IMG/VR virus record: IMGVR_UViG_3300032898_000004
Span: 1 to 60,889 of that record
Length of the DNA: 60,889 bases
From: a virus
Lineage: Duplodnaviria; Caudoviricetes
Reading direction: 5' to 3' (one strand)
This document shows, in pieces, positions 17,516 to 27,670 of this stretch. Each line of letters begins with the position of its first letter. The stretch's first letter is position 1. A model generated the notes under the pieces. That model had not been told where the DNA came from and searched no databases. It saw only the letters and a program-made list of their open reading frames with translations. A program made the position numbers and the translations under genes.

Positions 17516-17785
17516 TCAGACGGCCTTCTCGGCGTCGGCGATGACGGCGGGGGCGTCGGCTACGGCAGTCTCGGCAGCCTTCTCGACGATGGCCTCGCCA
17601 TCCTTGACGGCCTCCGCGACGACCGGCTCGGCGGCCTTGACAACCTCGCCGGCGTCGGTCTCGGCGGCAGTCTTGACCTCGTCCAGGATGACCTTGGCGT
17701 CATCCGCGGCGGGGTGCGAGTCGGCGACGAGCTTGGTCCAGAGTGCGTGGACCTTGGACTCGAGCTCGGTGAAGATGTTGGGCAT
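17516..17785 (-). CDS. small acidic Ala/Glu/Lys-repeat protein
   Basis: GGGAG RBS; repetitive A/E/D/K/V composition. Confidence 0.7.
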   Translation of the reverse strand: MPNIFTELESKVHALWTKLVADSHPAADDAKVILDEVKTAAETDAGEVVKAAEPVVAEAVKDGEAIVEKAAETAVADAPAVIADAEKAV

Positions 17786-17871
17786 GGTACTCCCTTGAAC
17801 GAGGAACAGAGGCCACTACGGGTTCGTAGAGACCATATCACGCGGTGGCCTGGTAACCCAGTACCGCCGAG

Positions 17872-18177
17872 TCAGCAAGCATCACGGTCGATGATACCCT
17901 GTTCGACTTCATCTCGTGGAAACAGGGTGTCATCCAGGTCGGCATCCGCGGCGTACGTCTTGCCCGGGAACATCTGCCGCCACTTGGAGACTGGCTCTGG
18001 CAGGCTCTGAGTGGTCTTCTCATCCACGATCTCCTCGACGACGGGGACCACTGCCTGGACGCAGCACCACCACTCGTCTGCCTCGTAGTGGCCGCCATCC
18101 GTACCTGCCGTGCGATGCTCGTGCAGCGCCGTGGCGATTCGAAGCGCCAGGCCGTAACGCTCTTCCTTGCCGAACAC
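17872..18177 (-). CDS. hypothetical protein
   Basis: GGAGG RBS. Confidence 0.55.
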   Translation of the reverse strand: MFGKEERYGLALRIATALHEHRTAGTDGGHYEADEWWCCVQAVVPVVEEIVDEKTTQSLPEPVSKWRQMFPGKTYAADADLDDTLFPRDEVEQGIIDRDAC

Positions 18178-18499
18178 GCACCCTCCAGGTGGGTCTACTC
18201 GTTTTCGAGGTCGTAGTCGTCGAGCTCGCAGCCGATGCCCTTGATCAGGACGTCGATCGCGTCGTTCCCGGTCTTCGTGCTCACCTCGTAACTGAGCCGC
18301 ACCTGCCGAAGCGCGATGTGGATCAGCCTGATGAACCCGATGAACTGCTCCTTGGTCAACTGCTCGGTGTCATCCCGCACGTCACCGAACAGCGTGTCAA
18401 TGTCGATGGACACGGCCGTGCCTCACTCTCGATTTCCGCCAACTGACGTAACGATGTCAGCATACCACCGGACGAGGTGCGAGTACACGCGTGAACTTG

Positions 18500-18928
18500 C
18501 TACAGCCGCGGGATGCGGGTGCCATTCTTCACGCACGCCTTGCATCGGGAGATGTAGCCGTCGGCGCGGGTCCTGTCCTTGGTGAAGTCGCTCTTCGACT
18601 TGACGTGGCCGCACGCCTTGCACTCCTTCTCGTCCACGGACGGGAGTCGGGTCTCGGGCGGTTCCGCGGCTGGTTGCGCGGCTGTCTCGATCATGTACTC
18701 CTCGAGCCTCCTGGCGTCATCCGTCTCCTCCACGGGGTTGAACCCGTCGACGGGTCGGACGCGGACCGCCCGCTGGCCGATGAACTCGGCCTTCATCGTG
18801 GAGAGCCGGTCCACCTCAACCATGATCTTGTCGACGGCGCCACGCTTGCCGCGCCACTCCGAGAGCTCCCAGATCAGCGCCTCTACCTTCTCGCGCTGGT
18901 CGTCAATCTTGTCTGTGATCTTTACCAT
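18500..18928 (-). CDS. hypothetical protein with C-terminal Zn ribbon
   Basis: KECKACGHVK....F.KD....DG....CKAC; AAGGAG RBS. Confidence 0.7.
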   Translation of the reverse strand: MVKITDKIDDQREKVEALIWELSEWRGKRGAVDKIMVEVDRLSTMKAEFIGQRAVRVRPVDGFNPVEETDDARRLEEYMIETAAQPAAEPPETRLPSVDEKECKACGHVKSKSDFTKDRTRADGYISRCKACVKNGTRIPRL

Positions 18929-19276
18929 CTCAGTCTCCTTAGCAGTATCAAAAAGTAGGCCCGGCACCGGGTTGAGACTCGGTGCCGGGCCATGCTCAAC
19001 CGACTGCTAGCCGTCGGGAGCTGCCCGGGGTGAAGGGGGAGTCACCCCGGGAGTCTGACGCCGCGTGCGGACGGCGTCGAGTTAATCATACCACGTCGTC
19101 GGCTGATTGGGTACCGTGGCCAGCGATGATCTTCCCGGTCCACATAGCCGCGAGCCCAGTGAGGAGCGCCGCAACGAGCCACGGTATCCCACCCTGGTAC
19201 TGGGCTTGGTCGAGCAGCAGGTTGGCTCTGAGGGCCGTGATGCCCGTGGTGACGGCGGCTGCGATGTACGCGATTC

Positions 19277-19753
19277 TCATCGTGCCTCCCTCGACGGGTT
19301 TGGCACCAGGTGGGCCTTGATCCCGTTCATCAGGTACATCTTGACTACGTCGGGATCGTCGTCCCAGGCATCCGCGGGGTGCAGTCCCATGGACCACATG
19401 TCGGTGAGCATCTGGAGCTTCACCGCCGGCGCCTTGCGATGGTCGCCGTCATCCCGCGTGAACATGAAGTGGGTCTGCCCGAGGTGCTCGTGGATCCACC
19501 GCTGGTTCTCGCGGCGGTACTTCTCCGGCTGACCAGTCGCGATCACGATGTACCAGCCGGGATTGAAGTACTGCTGCTTGATCTGCAGGACGATGTCCGA
19601 CAGCGGCGGAGCTGTGGCGCACGCCTGGTAGAACTCGTCGTAGCGCTTGGGCTTCTCCGTGACCAGGTGGATGATCTCGCTGGTGTCTCGCAGCGTGCCA
19701 TCCAGGTCGATGACGACGGTGGGTCTGGTCTCAGTTACCGGCGTCGGTTTCAC
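19277..19753 (-). CDS. HAD-family phosphatase resembling the polynucleotide kinase 3'-phosphatase domain
   Basis: IDLDGTL, TG, K, WDDDPDV motifs. Confidence 0.8.
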   Translation of the reverse strand: MKPTPVTETRPTVVIDLDGTLRDTSEIIHLVTEKPKRYDEFYQACATAPPLSDIVLQIKQQYFNPGWYIVIATGQPEKYRRENQRWIHEHLGQTHFMFTRDDGDHRKAPAVKLQMLTDMWSMGLHPADAWDDDPDVVKMYLMNGIKAHLVPNPSREAR

Positions 19754-20204
19754 TCTCGTTCTCCCTTCGATTCAATGCCTCGCGCACGCGCTCGACGCGC
19801 TTGATCAGCATCGTCGTGTCCCGGACCACACTGGGGTGAACGCCCTTCTGCAGGACGTACCACTCCATGCGATCGCGGAACGCCATGATGGACGTGATCA
19901 GTTTACCCAATTCGGCATCTGCATCCTCGGCTGCGAGCTCCCGCTCTCGGATGACCTTGACGAGGGCCTTGTCATCGTATGGATCGATCTCCTCGCCGAG
20001 GTATCCGAGTTCACGCGCGATACCAACGAGGTTCATCCGTCCGACGGTGCTCACGTCCAAACAGAGATCGTGAACGTAGCCCTTGACCGTCCCGGGCTTC
20101 ACGCCGAGGATCTTGGCGATCTCCTTGTTGGTGAGACCGTCCGCGATCAACCTGATCACGCGGACGTCCTTCTCACGCCACAGAGGATCGTAACGATCGG
20201 TCAC
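19731..20204 (-). CDS. LuxR-type HTH protein
   Basis: VIRLIADGLTNKEIAKILGVKPGTVKGYV. Confidence 0.85.
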   Translation of the reverse strand: MTDRYDPLWREKDVRVIRLIADGLTNKEIAKILGVKPGTVKGYVHDLCLDVSTVGRMNLVGIARELGYLGEEIDPYDDKALVKVIRERELAAEDADAELGKLITSIMAFRDRMEWYVLQKGVHPSVVRDTTMLIKRVERVREALNRRENESETDAGN

Positions 20205-20491
20205 GACTCGACACCCACCAGCTTGGCCGGGTTGAGACCGCAGTAGCTGCGGAACGTGTTGATCTCGATGGCGTGGCTCGCGAGCAGGTAGTCCAGGAGG
20301 TCACTCAGGACCTGGTCCATGATCGGCGGGAAGTAGCCGTACAGCGCCGTACGCTCGTCGATCGGGAGCCGCTTGTACCAGATCTCGCGGGTGCTGCGAT
20401 AGATCTCGCCGCGTCCCACCTGGCGGAGCATCTCCTCACGGATTCCCTCGTGTGCCTTGTCGATGGCCTTGTCCCAACTGGCGACGGTCAT
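20201..20491 (-). CDS. hypothetical protein
   Basis: downstream of family promoter 20534-20562; GAGG RBS. Confidence 0.65.
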   Translation of the reverse strand: MTVASWDKAIDKAHEGIREEMLRQVGRGEIYRSTREIWYKRLPIDERTALYGYFPPIMDQVLSDLLDYLLASHAIEINTFRSYCGLNPAKLVGVES

Positions 20492-20598
20492 TTCAGTTCC
20501 TCTCGGTTCTGATCAGTTCGTGCTCTTATGTCTATCATATCCACTCGATGGTACTATGTAAACACCAGTGGCCCGTCACTTTCATGACGGGCCACGCG

Positions 20599-20910
20599 CT
20601 AGATCGGTTTCCGCTTCGTCAGATCCGCGCGACTGAGCAGTATGTCAATCGCGACTTGACTGGGGTCGGGATTGCCGCGGAGTTCGTTGCACTCACGGTG
20701 TGCCAGCCGCAGGTTCCACGGCCAGTTGCTCCCGCCCTGGGCGTGCGTGACGATATGGTCACGGGTTCCCTCTTCGAACTCGAGGTCGACGTAGTCCTTG
20801 CACAACCAGCAGATGCCACCGTCCCGCTCCCAGATCGCCAGGAGCTTGATGCGGCCACCACCACGGCTGCGCGGGCGCCGAGCCTCGAGCTCGTCACCCG
20901 AACCAGCCAT
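20599..20910 (-). CDS. HNH endonuclease
   Basis: ERDGGICWLC...DHIV....GG....NLRLAHRECN; start uncertain. Confidence 0.85.
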   Translation of the reverse strand: MAGSGDELEARRPRSRGGGRIKLLAIWERDGGICWLCKDYVDLEFEEGTRDHIVTHAQGGSNWPWNLRLAHRECNELRGNPDPSQVAIDILLSRADLTKRKPI

Positions 20911-21097
20911 ACCAGACCGGCTTGCGCCGCTTGCTGCCGCCCACGGGGATGGAGACACCACCGCGGTCGTGCCCGCCGCCGACGGAGGCGTTCACCCGCG
21001 GACCACTCTTACCGATCGAGATACCGCCGCGAACCACCTTGCCGACGGACCCGCCGACGCGGATGTTGCCGTTCCTGATCGAGATCCACTTGGACAC
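20894..21097 (-). CDS. small basic Gly-rich protein
   Basis: GAGGAG RBS + GTG. Confidence 0.5.
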   Translation of the reverse strand: MSKWISIRNGNIRVGGSVGKVVRGGISIGKSGPRVNASVGGGHDRGGVSIPVGGSKRRKPVWYGWFG

Positions 21098-21098
21098 G

Positions 21099-21494
21099 TT
21101 ACTCCTCGATCCCCTTCTTGACCTTGTAGATGTGCAGGTCACCGACCCGCTGGGCGAGTTCCTGGCTGCGGAACGGCTTGTACGCCGTCTCCCCGTCCAC
21201 GCCCCACTTCTTGCCGCAGGCACAGGTGGGGAAGATGCCGGTCAGGTCGTTGTAGTCGGTCAAGTTGACCTTCACGAGCGTGATTAGGTGGCCCGGCGTG
21301 TCGCTCTTCGGCGGCTCCGGTTCGGTCTCCACCTCCGCGGTAACGGTGAGATCCTCGACGTGCCAGTCTGCCTGGATAATGTCCTTCACGTCGACGGCCA
21401 TGGCCTCAGCGTAGTCGCTGAGATAGAGGCCGTTGAAGTCGATGACGGCATCCTCGTCAACCTTGAACTTCACGATGAGCGTGACGTCTTTCAC
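21099..21494 (-). CDS. hypothetical protein
   Basis: downstream of promoter 21523-21551; GGAG RBS; CxC...H motif. Confidence 0.6.
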   Translation of the reverse strand: MKDVTLIVKFKVDEDAVIDFNGLYLSDYAEAMAVDVKDIIQADWHVEDLTVTAEVETEPEPPKSDTPGHLITLVKVNLTDYNDLTGIFPTCACGKKWGVDGETAYKPFRSQELAQRVGDLHIYKVKKGIEE

Positions 21495-21600
21495 GTTCTC
21501 TCCCTTCCTGGTTCCTGAGACTACCTTACCACTTTGGGTGTCATTTGTAAACAAATGGTGGTACAGTAGAACTATCAGCACGATAATCAAGGAGACAGAG

Positions 21601-21879
21601 ATGATCACGGAACGTGACAAGGGCTACGCGATCTACTTCGGCGACACCTTCCAGGACGTCGCCGTATCCCCGTACGTGGGCGGCGTCGAGGTCGTCAGCG
21701 CGTGCTGGGGAGCCGTCAAGGACAACGTTCCCGAGTTCCTCGACCTCGAGTGGGAGCTGCTCTTCATCCCGATGGAGGGCAACGCGTACGAGGTGCGAGC
21801 CGGCCGGGTCTTCGAGAAGATGAAGCCGCCGGTGCCGACGGGGATCTACGTCCAGCAGCGAGCGTTCGGCCTCGACTGA
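21601..21879 (+). CDS. hypothetical protein
   Basis: AAGGAG RBS + ATG; terminator hairpin 21892-21921. Confidence 0.7.
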   Translation: MITERDKGYAIYFGDTFQDVAVSPYVGGVEVVSACWGAVKDNVPEFLDLEWELLFIPMEGNAYEVRAGRVFEKMKPPVPTGIYVQQRAFGLD

Positions 21880-22204
21880 CTGCGACAACCGTGAAGCCCC
21901 GCAGATCAACTGCGGGGCTTCTTCGCGTCATCAGCCGACCGGTTCGAGCTCCACCATCACCTGGTTGAACTTCACGTCGTGCGTCAGCGGTGTTCGGTGC
22001 GTGACCTTGGTGACCTTGTAGCGCCGGCCCACCAGGTCGAACTGCGTGAACACGGCGTTCAGCTCGATGATCTTGCCAACCTGGGCGTAGTGGTCGTACC
22101 GATGCAAGTCGAGCTCGTCACCGGCGTCCTCCGTCCAGGTCAACCGGAGCTTGTCCGTCGGCTGCGGCTGGGTGGTGACCGCCATCGACGACCACCAGAT
22201 CTCG

Positions 22205-22909
22205 CTACTCGTCATCTGCACACCTCGTCACCTCGTCGTCGTACCCGCACCCGACGCATTCCCAGGTGAGGTACTCCATGCTCTTGGGAGTCGCGTACTT
22301 GTACAACACCGGGTGCTCGCTGAACGACGTCCCGGTGCCCAGTCGACGGTGCTTCGGCAGGAACGGGGTCAGCCGAAGGCACTTCGGGCACGTCTCGGGG
22401 AGCTCGTCGAACGCCGGGATCGACGGCTTCACGTCCTCAATGAGTGGCTTCAAGTCGCGCTCCAGCTCCCGGGTGATGTTGTCACTATAACCGCCAGGCA
22501 ATTGATTCCGTCTACGCCAGGTGACGTAGTACGTGATCTCGAGGTCATCTTCCTCATCCTGCACGTGGCTGACGGTGCCGATGTCGCTCCAGTGAGTGGA
22601 GCAGGTAACCTGATCACCCTCCTTGTACTTCGCCGATCCTGGCTCCCGCGGTGGTGCGAGCCTCAACGAGTCGTGATCCACGCCGTGGATGAACCGTTCA
22701 CTAGGGCCGCGCTCACCGTAGGTAAGGTACATCAACGTGTATTGCACCTTACCGCCTTGCGCGTACGTGCGAAAACCGCGGACCTGGAACACGCGCTTTG
22801 CCATTTCGGGTGACACCGCGTCAGTGGCCGTGACGCGCTGACCGTCTTGGAAAAACGGCGACGTGAAGCTGAGCGGTCGTGCGTCTTGAAGTTCTGATCT
22901 TCTGCCCAT
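22205..22909 (-). CDS. hypothetical protein with C-terminal Cys pairs
   Basis: GGGAG RBS; CPKC...CVGC. Confidence 0.6.
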   Translation of the reverse strand: MGRRSELQDARPLSFTSPFFQDGQRVTATDAVSPEMAKRVFQVRGFRTYAQGGKVQYTLMYLTYGERGPSERFIHGVDHDSLRLAPPREPGSAKYKEGDQVTCSTHWSDIGTVSHVQDEEDDLEITYYVTWRRRNQLPGGYSDNITRELERDLKPLIEDVKPSIPAFDELPETCPKCLRLTPFLPKHRRLGTGTSFSEHPVLYKYATPKSMEYLTWECVGCGYDDEVTRCADDE

Positions 22910-22972
22910 GTCAATCTCCCATCTAGTGCTGATCATACCGTGAGCCGGGTCCCGATGGAACCCGGCTCACGC

Positions 22973-23371
22973 TTACCACAAATCCCACTCGATGCTCCGC
23001 GGACGGTGGTTGGGCTCGAGGACGTCGTCCACGTCGTAGCCCGCGTTGTACGCGGCGCGGCACTCGTCCTCGTAGCGACGGGTGTCGCCGCGGAATTTCG
23101 CCTCCCAGTGGTCGGCGTATCCCTTGGCACGCCCGCGGCGTCCGTAGTGGATCCGAATGGGATACTGTCCGCGGAAGTCCAGCAAGCGGTGGATCACCTG
23201 CGGGGTGCGTCGGCAACCGGCGTAGAACCGCAGGTCCCAGGTCTCCATGCCGACGGCGCGGTCCTCGAAGGTGAGCTCGCCGGCCCACGGAGTCCAGGGC
23301 TTGTTGTAGTAGATCTCGCGGGTGGTGAAGTTCCACCGGTGGTAGTCCCGGTGGTGGTTGGTGCGACTCAT
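22973..23371 (-). CDS. hypothetical protein
   Basis: GGAG RBS + ATG; hairpin 22940-22970 follows. Confidence 0.6.
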   Translation of the reverse strand: MSRTNHHRDYHRWNFTTREIYYNKPWTPWAGELTFEDRAVGMETWDLRFYAGCRRTPQVIHRLLDFRGQYPIRIHYGRRGRAKGYADHWEAKFRGDTRRYEDECRAAYNAGYDVDDVLEPNHRPRSIEWDLW

Positions 23372-23435
23372 CTCGACTCCAAGTGGAGCCACGGGTCCTT
23401 CCCGCTGGCTGCACTAAAGCACGATGAGCCTCCTC

Positions 23436-23642
23436 TCAGTCAATGATGCCGCGGCGGATAGCCGTGGCGACCAGATGGACGCGGTTCTCGCAGTGGTGTC
23501 GGTTCTTCATGTTGGTGATGAACCGGTCGATCTCGACGACGGTGTGCATCCACATCATCTTGCGAGCGATGATCCTCGTGGTGTCACCCTGCGACAGGTA
23601 CTTGAGGATCTTGAGCTCTCCCGGCGTGAAGTCGTTGGTCAC
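23436..23642 (-). CDS. small LuxR-type HTH protein
   Basis: FTPGELKILKYLSQG...NRVHLVATAIRRGII; GTGA overlap. Confidence 0.7.
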   Translation of the reverse strand: MTNDFTPGELKILKYLSQGDTTRIIARKMMWMHTVVEIDRFITNMKNRHHCENRVHLVATAIRRGIID

Positions 23643-23962
23643 GCGCCCACCAGCTCCCGGACCGACTTCGTGGTGAACGTGGCCTCGATGAGCAGGCTGA
23701 GCTCGTCTCGGCGGTACGCGTAGGTCGCGACGAGCACGGACTTCTTGCCCATCTTGACGACCTCGGCACCGGTCTTGGCGGGCTTCTGCCCGTGCTTGAC
23801 CTCGTACAGCTTGCGGACCTTGGTGCCGAACGCAGAGCGGACTCGCTTCACGTCCGTCTCGTCGAGACCCAGGTTGCGAAGGAACTCCGCGGCGGTCACC
23901 TGGCCGACGTTGATACCATCGGCCTTCCGGTTCAGCCACGCGGCGCGGATCTTGTCGAACAT
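23639..23962 (-). CDS. hypothetical protein
   Basis: GGAGG RBS; promoter 24009-24037. Confidence 0.7.
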   Translation of the reverse strand: MFDKIRAAWLNRKADGINVGQVTAAEFLRNLGLDETDVKRVRSAFGTKVRKLYEVKHGQKPAKTGAEVVKMGKKSVLVATYAYRRDELSLLIEATFTTKSVRELVGA

Positions 23963-24043
23963 CAAAGCCTCCGGTGGTATCAGGTTCCGTTTTCCGTGTT
24001 CTGGAACCATCATACCACGCGGAGGCTTAGATGTAAACAGCTA

Positions 24044-25066
24044 TCAGTCAGTCTTGATGAGCAGGCTGGTGCCGGGGATCAGCTTCCGGTTCAGCGACGT
24101 GGACTGCGGGAAGACCTCCCAGTCCGGGTTGAACCGGGGACTGACGTTCTGGGTCACGCGCGGCAGGCCGATGACGTCCCGCACCCGCTCGCCGGCGAAC
24201 ACCTGGCCGGTCTGCTTGTTGCGGATCATCAGGTCCTTCTGCGCGTGGATCTTCTCGCTCTTGTTGAGCTGGTAGTAGCAGGTGCCGACCTTGAACTGGT
24301 AGCCGGCCTTCTCCACGAACTCCGAGATTGGCATCTCGTGGTAGACGGGCACCAAAACGAAGGTGCCGGGGTCGACCGGCGTAAGATTCGCGGCCGCGAC
24401 ACTCTGTGCGTTGAGCACGCTCGCGTCCGTCGAGAATACCGACTTCGTACCGCGGATGCCGCTCGCGCGACCGGTCATGTACTGGTCGACCGACGCCGTG
24501 ATGACCTTGCCGGCCTCCTCGACACCGTGCTCGCTGGTGGCGTCCCAGACGGCGATGTTATCCTTGGCGAAGCCCCACTGCTTGGCCTCGTGGACACCGC
24601 GAGCGTCCGGCACGAGCCCCGCGACGGTCCAGTGGCTCGGCAGGCTGGCGAGCTTCCAGGGCAGTGCCCGACGCTGCTCGTAGCTGCTCGCATTCTCCTG
24701 GCCGTCCGTGATGACGTACAGCAGGAACGAGTGGTCACCGTACTTCTCCGGCGTCATGGCCAGGTCGTCGAGCGCGAGGGTCGTCGCGTCCACGAGCGCG
24801 GTCCTGCCGCCGAGCCTGTAGTGTCCCGACAGCGACGGGAGCCGGAGCGCGTCCATGTCGTAGAACACGCAGCGGGCGGTGTCGTCGAAGGTGTAGACCG
24901 TGATCCGCGTTTCCTGGTTCATCTCCTTCGAGCGCTGGGCCAGGTGGCTGACGAGTCCGTCGGTCACCTGGACGATCTTCCTCTCGAGGCGCGACATGGA
25001 ACCCGAGGCGTCGAGGACGATCGCCACGTGGTTGATGTAATTTTGAGCTCGCTTGACTTCATTCAC
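24044..25066 (-). CDS. von Willebrand factor A (vWA/MIDAS) domain protein
   Basis: VLDASGSM, GRTALVDA, ITDGQENAS. Confidence 0.9.
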   Translation of the reverse strand: MNEVKRAQNYINHVAIVLDASGSMSRLERKIVQVTDGLVSHLAQRSKEMNQETRITVYTFDDTARCVFYDMDALRLPSLSGHYRLGGRTALVDATTLALDDLAMTPEKYGDHSFLLYVITDGQENASSYEQRRALPWKLASLPSHWTVAGLVPDARGVHEAKQWGFAKDNIAVWDATSEHGVEEAGKVITASVDQYMTGRASGIRGTKSVFSTDASVLNAQSVAAANLTPVDPGTFVLVPVYHEMPISEFVEKAGYQFKVGTCYYQLNKSEKIHAQKDLMIRNKQTGQVFAGERVRDVIGLPRVTQNVSPRFNPDWEVFPQSTSLNRKLIPGTSLLIKTD

Positions 25067-25468
25067 GTGCAGTTTGCTCCTACTCGATCAATTGAATTAC
25101 GGGCCGTTCTTTTCTTGTATCCTCAGTTCGCGGACAAGTTCGAGGCGCAACCGCGCCACTTCTTTCCACGCTTCGGCAAGTTCATTGACGGACCGCGCAG
25201 CACCGATCTCCGCGAGGGCCTCGCACAGAGCGAGTGCGAGGACCCTGACACGAGCCGCAGGCTCTTCGATCACGGCTGCCCGGCGAGGTTCAACTGTCCC
25301 TGGATGCGCGCGATCTCAACGCGAGCGCCAGAGATCATGAGGTAAGCCTGAACCTTCTCGGACGTGGCCAAGCCGGCTAGCCGGTCTTCTGCCTCGTCCG
25401 GCAGACGACGTGCCTGAGCCAGGTCTTCATTCGGGTTGGCGCTCACGGTGCTCCTTGGTGATGTGATG

Positions 25469-25792
25469 TTACTTCCGAACGGCCTTGATCAGCCGCTCGG
25501 CCTCGACGAGCGTGCGCGACGCGAAGTACCGCGCCGAGGCGATGTCGTCCAGGCGGAGGTAATCTGCTGTCTTGTTGATGAAGACGGCCTCGACGTTGTA
25601 CTCGAGTCCCGCCTGGCCCAGGTCACGGGCCGCGTCGTAGAGGAGGTTTTGACCCTCTTCGGTGTAGATGGTCGCGGCACCCCAGGCAAGCCGCTGGGCG
25701 GCCTTGTCGACTGCGCCGTTCTGGGCCCAGCGACCGATCTTCATCAAGTCCTTGGCGGTCTCGGTGACGATCTCGGAGATCGTAGCCTCCAT
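25469..25792 (-). CDS. hypothetical protein
   Basis: promoter 25834-25862, AAGGAG RBS. Confidence 0.7.
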   Translation of the reverse strand: MEATISEIVTETAKDLMKIGRWAQNGAVDKAAQRLAWGAATIYTEEGQNLLYDAARDLGQAGLEYNVEAVFINKTADYLRLDDIASARYFASRTLVEAERLIKAVRK

Positions 25793-26126
25793 TGGCTGAT
25801 CAACTCCTTCTCGCTTCCGTGTTCGTGGTTACAACTATACCACCAAGGGGTTACGGTGTAAACATCAAACGGCGAGTCTGGCCCTCAGTTCGGCGAGTTC
25901 CAGGGCGAACTGGTTGGCTTGGGCCTCGGCACCAGCCAGTTGGCGGCGGGCCTCCGTTGTGGCGAGGTGGTGCGATCGCTTCGTGTGCTCGGCTATCGCC
26001 AGCTCGTACCGCTGCTTCTCGATCAGTTGCCTCGCGTCGATCAACTCGCGCTGCAGACGGCGGGTCTCGTTCCGCCAGTGGTCACGGCGGCGGGTCATCT
26101 CCTCGACGGTGACCACGCTCGGGTAG

Positions 26127-26315
26127 TCAAACGTCGAACTCGCCCGCCTTGACGCCGTCGATGAATGCCCGCCACTCCGCCGGGGTGAACCACAGCGCCC
26201 CGGCCTCCGGTTCGCTACCGTCGCGCACGCCGACCAGTCCCGTCTTCGGGCTGACGAACACCTCCACGCACGTGGCATTGTTAGGGCAGCTCTTCGACTT
26301 TCGCCACTCACTCAC
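26127..26315 (-). CDS. DUF397 (BldB-like) protein
   Basis: WRKS.SC....CVEV......VGVRD......L.FTPAEWRAFIDGVKAGEFD. Confidence 0.9.
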   Translation of the reverse strand: MSEWRKSKSCPNNATCVEVFVSPKTGLVGVRDGSEPEAGALWFTPAEWRAFIDGVKAGEFDV

Positions 26316-26465
26316 TTGGACTCTTCTCCTCGTGGCACGCGCAACCGCACGAACCGATCCAGTCACACCCGCCGTAGCAGCTCTCGTGCCCGCAGTTGCC
26401 GTACAGCTCGCCGTCGTGACACTCCGTGTCACCGACTTCACCCGAGCAGTAGTGCTCGTCGTCCA

Positions 26466-27236
26466 TCACTTCTTACCCTTCGGCTTGTTGTACTTGACGT
26501 ACCACGGCTCTGGCTGCTTGTAGACGAGCTTGTTGGCGAGCTCGTTCGCGACCTTAGTGGCCTTCGTGAACTGGCCGTTCAGTTCCTCGAGCTCGATCGT
26601 GGCGCTGTTGAGGCCGTCGGTGATCATCGACTTGATCACGTATGTCTTGCCATCCACGTCGAGGATGTCACTGGGGTTCAGGCCGTGAAACACATCTGCG
26701 TGGGTGGTGATCGTGGCCGTGCTAGCTGGAACGGGAAATGGCACCAGGTTGATGTTCAGTTCGTCGTAGATCGACTGCTCGACCGGCGACGTGGTCATCG
26801 GAATGAAGTGAGTCGGTGCGACTGGCGTGCCGTACGTGGTTTCCATCCAAACAGCGCTGGGCTCGTAGGCCCAGTTCATGAGGTTCCACTCGTAACCTGA
26901 CTTGGGCACCGTCGTCTCGTTGGCGAGCAGGCTCAAGTAGTCGACCCCGATCGACTCCACGAGCTCCTGCTTCGTCATCACGCCGTGCCCCACGTACGTG
27001 GAAGTCGCGTCGACGTCATCCTCGTCACTGTACTCGTCGATCGTGACGAGCTCGGCGGCGACCTGGTCGAGGGCATCGAAGAGCTTTTGCTTCTGGACCT
27101 CGGTGATGTCGAGCGCGGCCTGTTGTCCGGGAGTGTATGGCTTCCCATTGGTAAGACCGGCGATCATGCCCTCGTAGCAAACGATCAGGTACTTCGCGGT
27201 CGTGATTGCCTCGTCGACGTTGCTCTCTTCAGCCAC
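26466..27236 (-). CDS. hypothetical protein
   Basis: long ORF, AGGA RBS. Confidence 0.65.
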   Translation of the reverse strand: MAEESNVDEAITTAKYLIVCYEGMIAGLTNGKPYTPGQQAALDITEVQKQKLFDALDQVAAELVTIDEYSDEDDVDATSTYVGHGVMTKQELVESIGVDYLSLLANETTVPKSGYEWNLMNWAYEPSAVWMETTYGTPVAPTHFIPMTTSPVEQSIYDELNINLVPFPVPASTATITTHADVFHGLNPSDILDVDGKTYVIKSMITDGLNSATIELEELNGQFTKATKVANELANKLVYKQPEPWYVKYNKPKGKK

Positions 27237-27349
27237 GTAGTGATCCTACCGCGTCTGAAGAATCTATGCCACAGCCGTGCCTGCTGTTTACATTTGAGCT
27301 CTCGCGTGGTACGATGGCACTACCAAGGAAAACCGAGAAGGAGATTGAA

Positions 27350-27619
27350 ATGGAAGAGCTTCGCCAGATGATCGAGGTCGGCAGCATCAGCGTCACCCGC
27401 GTCGAGGGTACCAACGGTCTGCACGTCTTCATCAGCGGCAACGTCCTTCTGCAGGGCGGTTACGTCGGTGCCGAGATCAACTCGTCCTCCCCGATCTTCC
27501 AGGAGGTCAACGGCCTCCTCGAAGAGGGTGACCTGGTCCTCAGTGAGGACGGTGTCATCCTGAACGTGGACGGCGAGATCATCTACACGCAGTACCTGAT
27601 CAGCGCCGACGAAGTCTGA
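27350..27619 (+). CDS. hypothetical acidic protein
   Basis: promoter 27287-27315, AAGGAG RBS. Confidence 0.75.
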   Translation: MEELRQMIEVGSISVTRVEGTNGLHVFISGNVLLQGGYVGAEINSSSPIFQEVNGLLEEGDLVLSEDGVILNVDGEIIYTQYLISADEV

Positions 27620-27623
27620 TCAA

Positions 27624-27661
27624 CGAAGAAGCCCGGTTCCGAGAGGAACCGGGCTTCTTCG
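27624..27661. terminator. bidirectional terminator hairpin
   Basis: GAAGAAGCCCGGTTCC-GAGA-GGAACCGGGCTTCTTC. Confidence 0.8.
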
Positions 27662-27670
27662 TGCCGTTGA

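Noticed and set aside
23792-25345. Long antisense ORFs (also 4326-5552, 27884-29431, 49721-51430, 14096-15103)
   Set aside because: Shadow frames of real GC-biased genes on the opposite strand, with no motifs or RBS.
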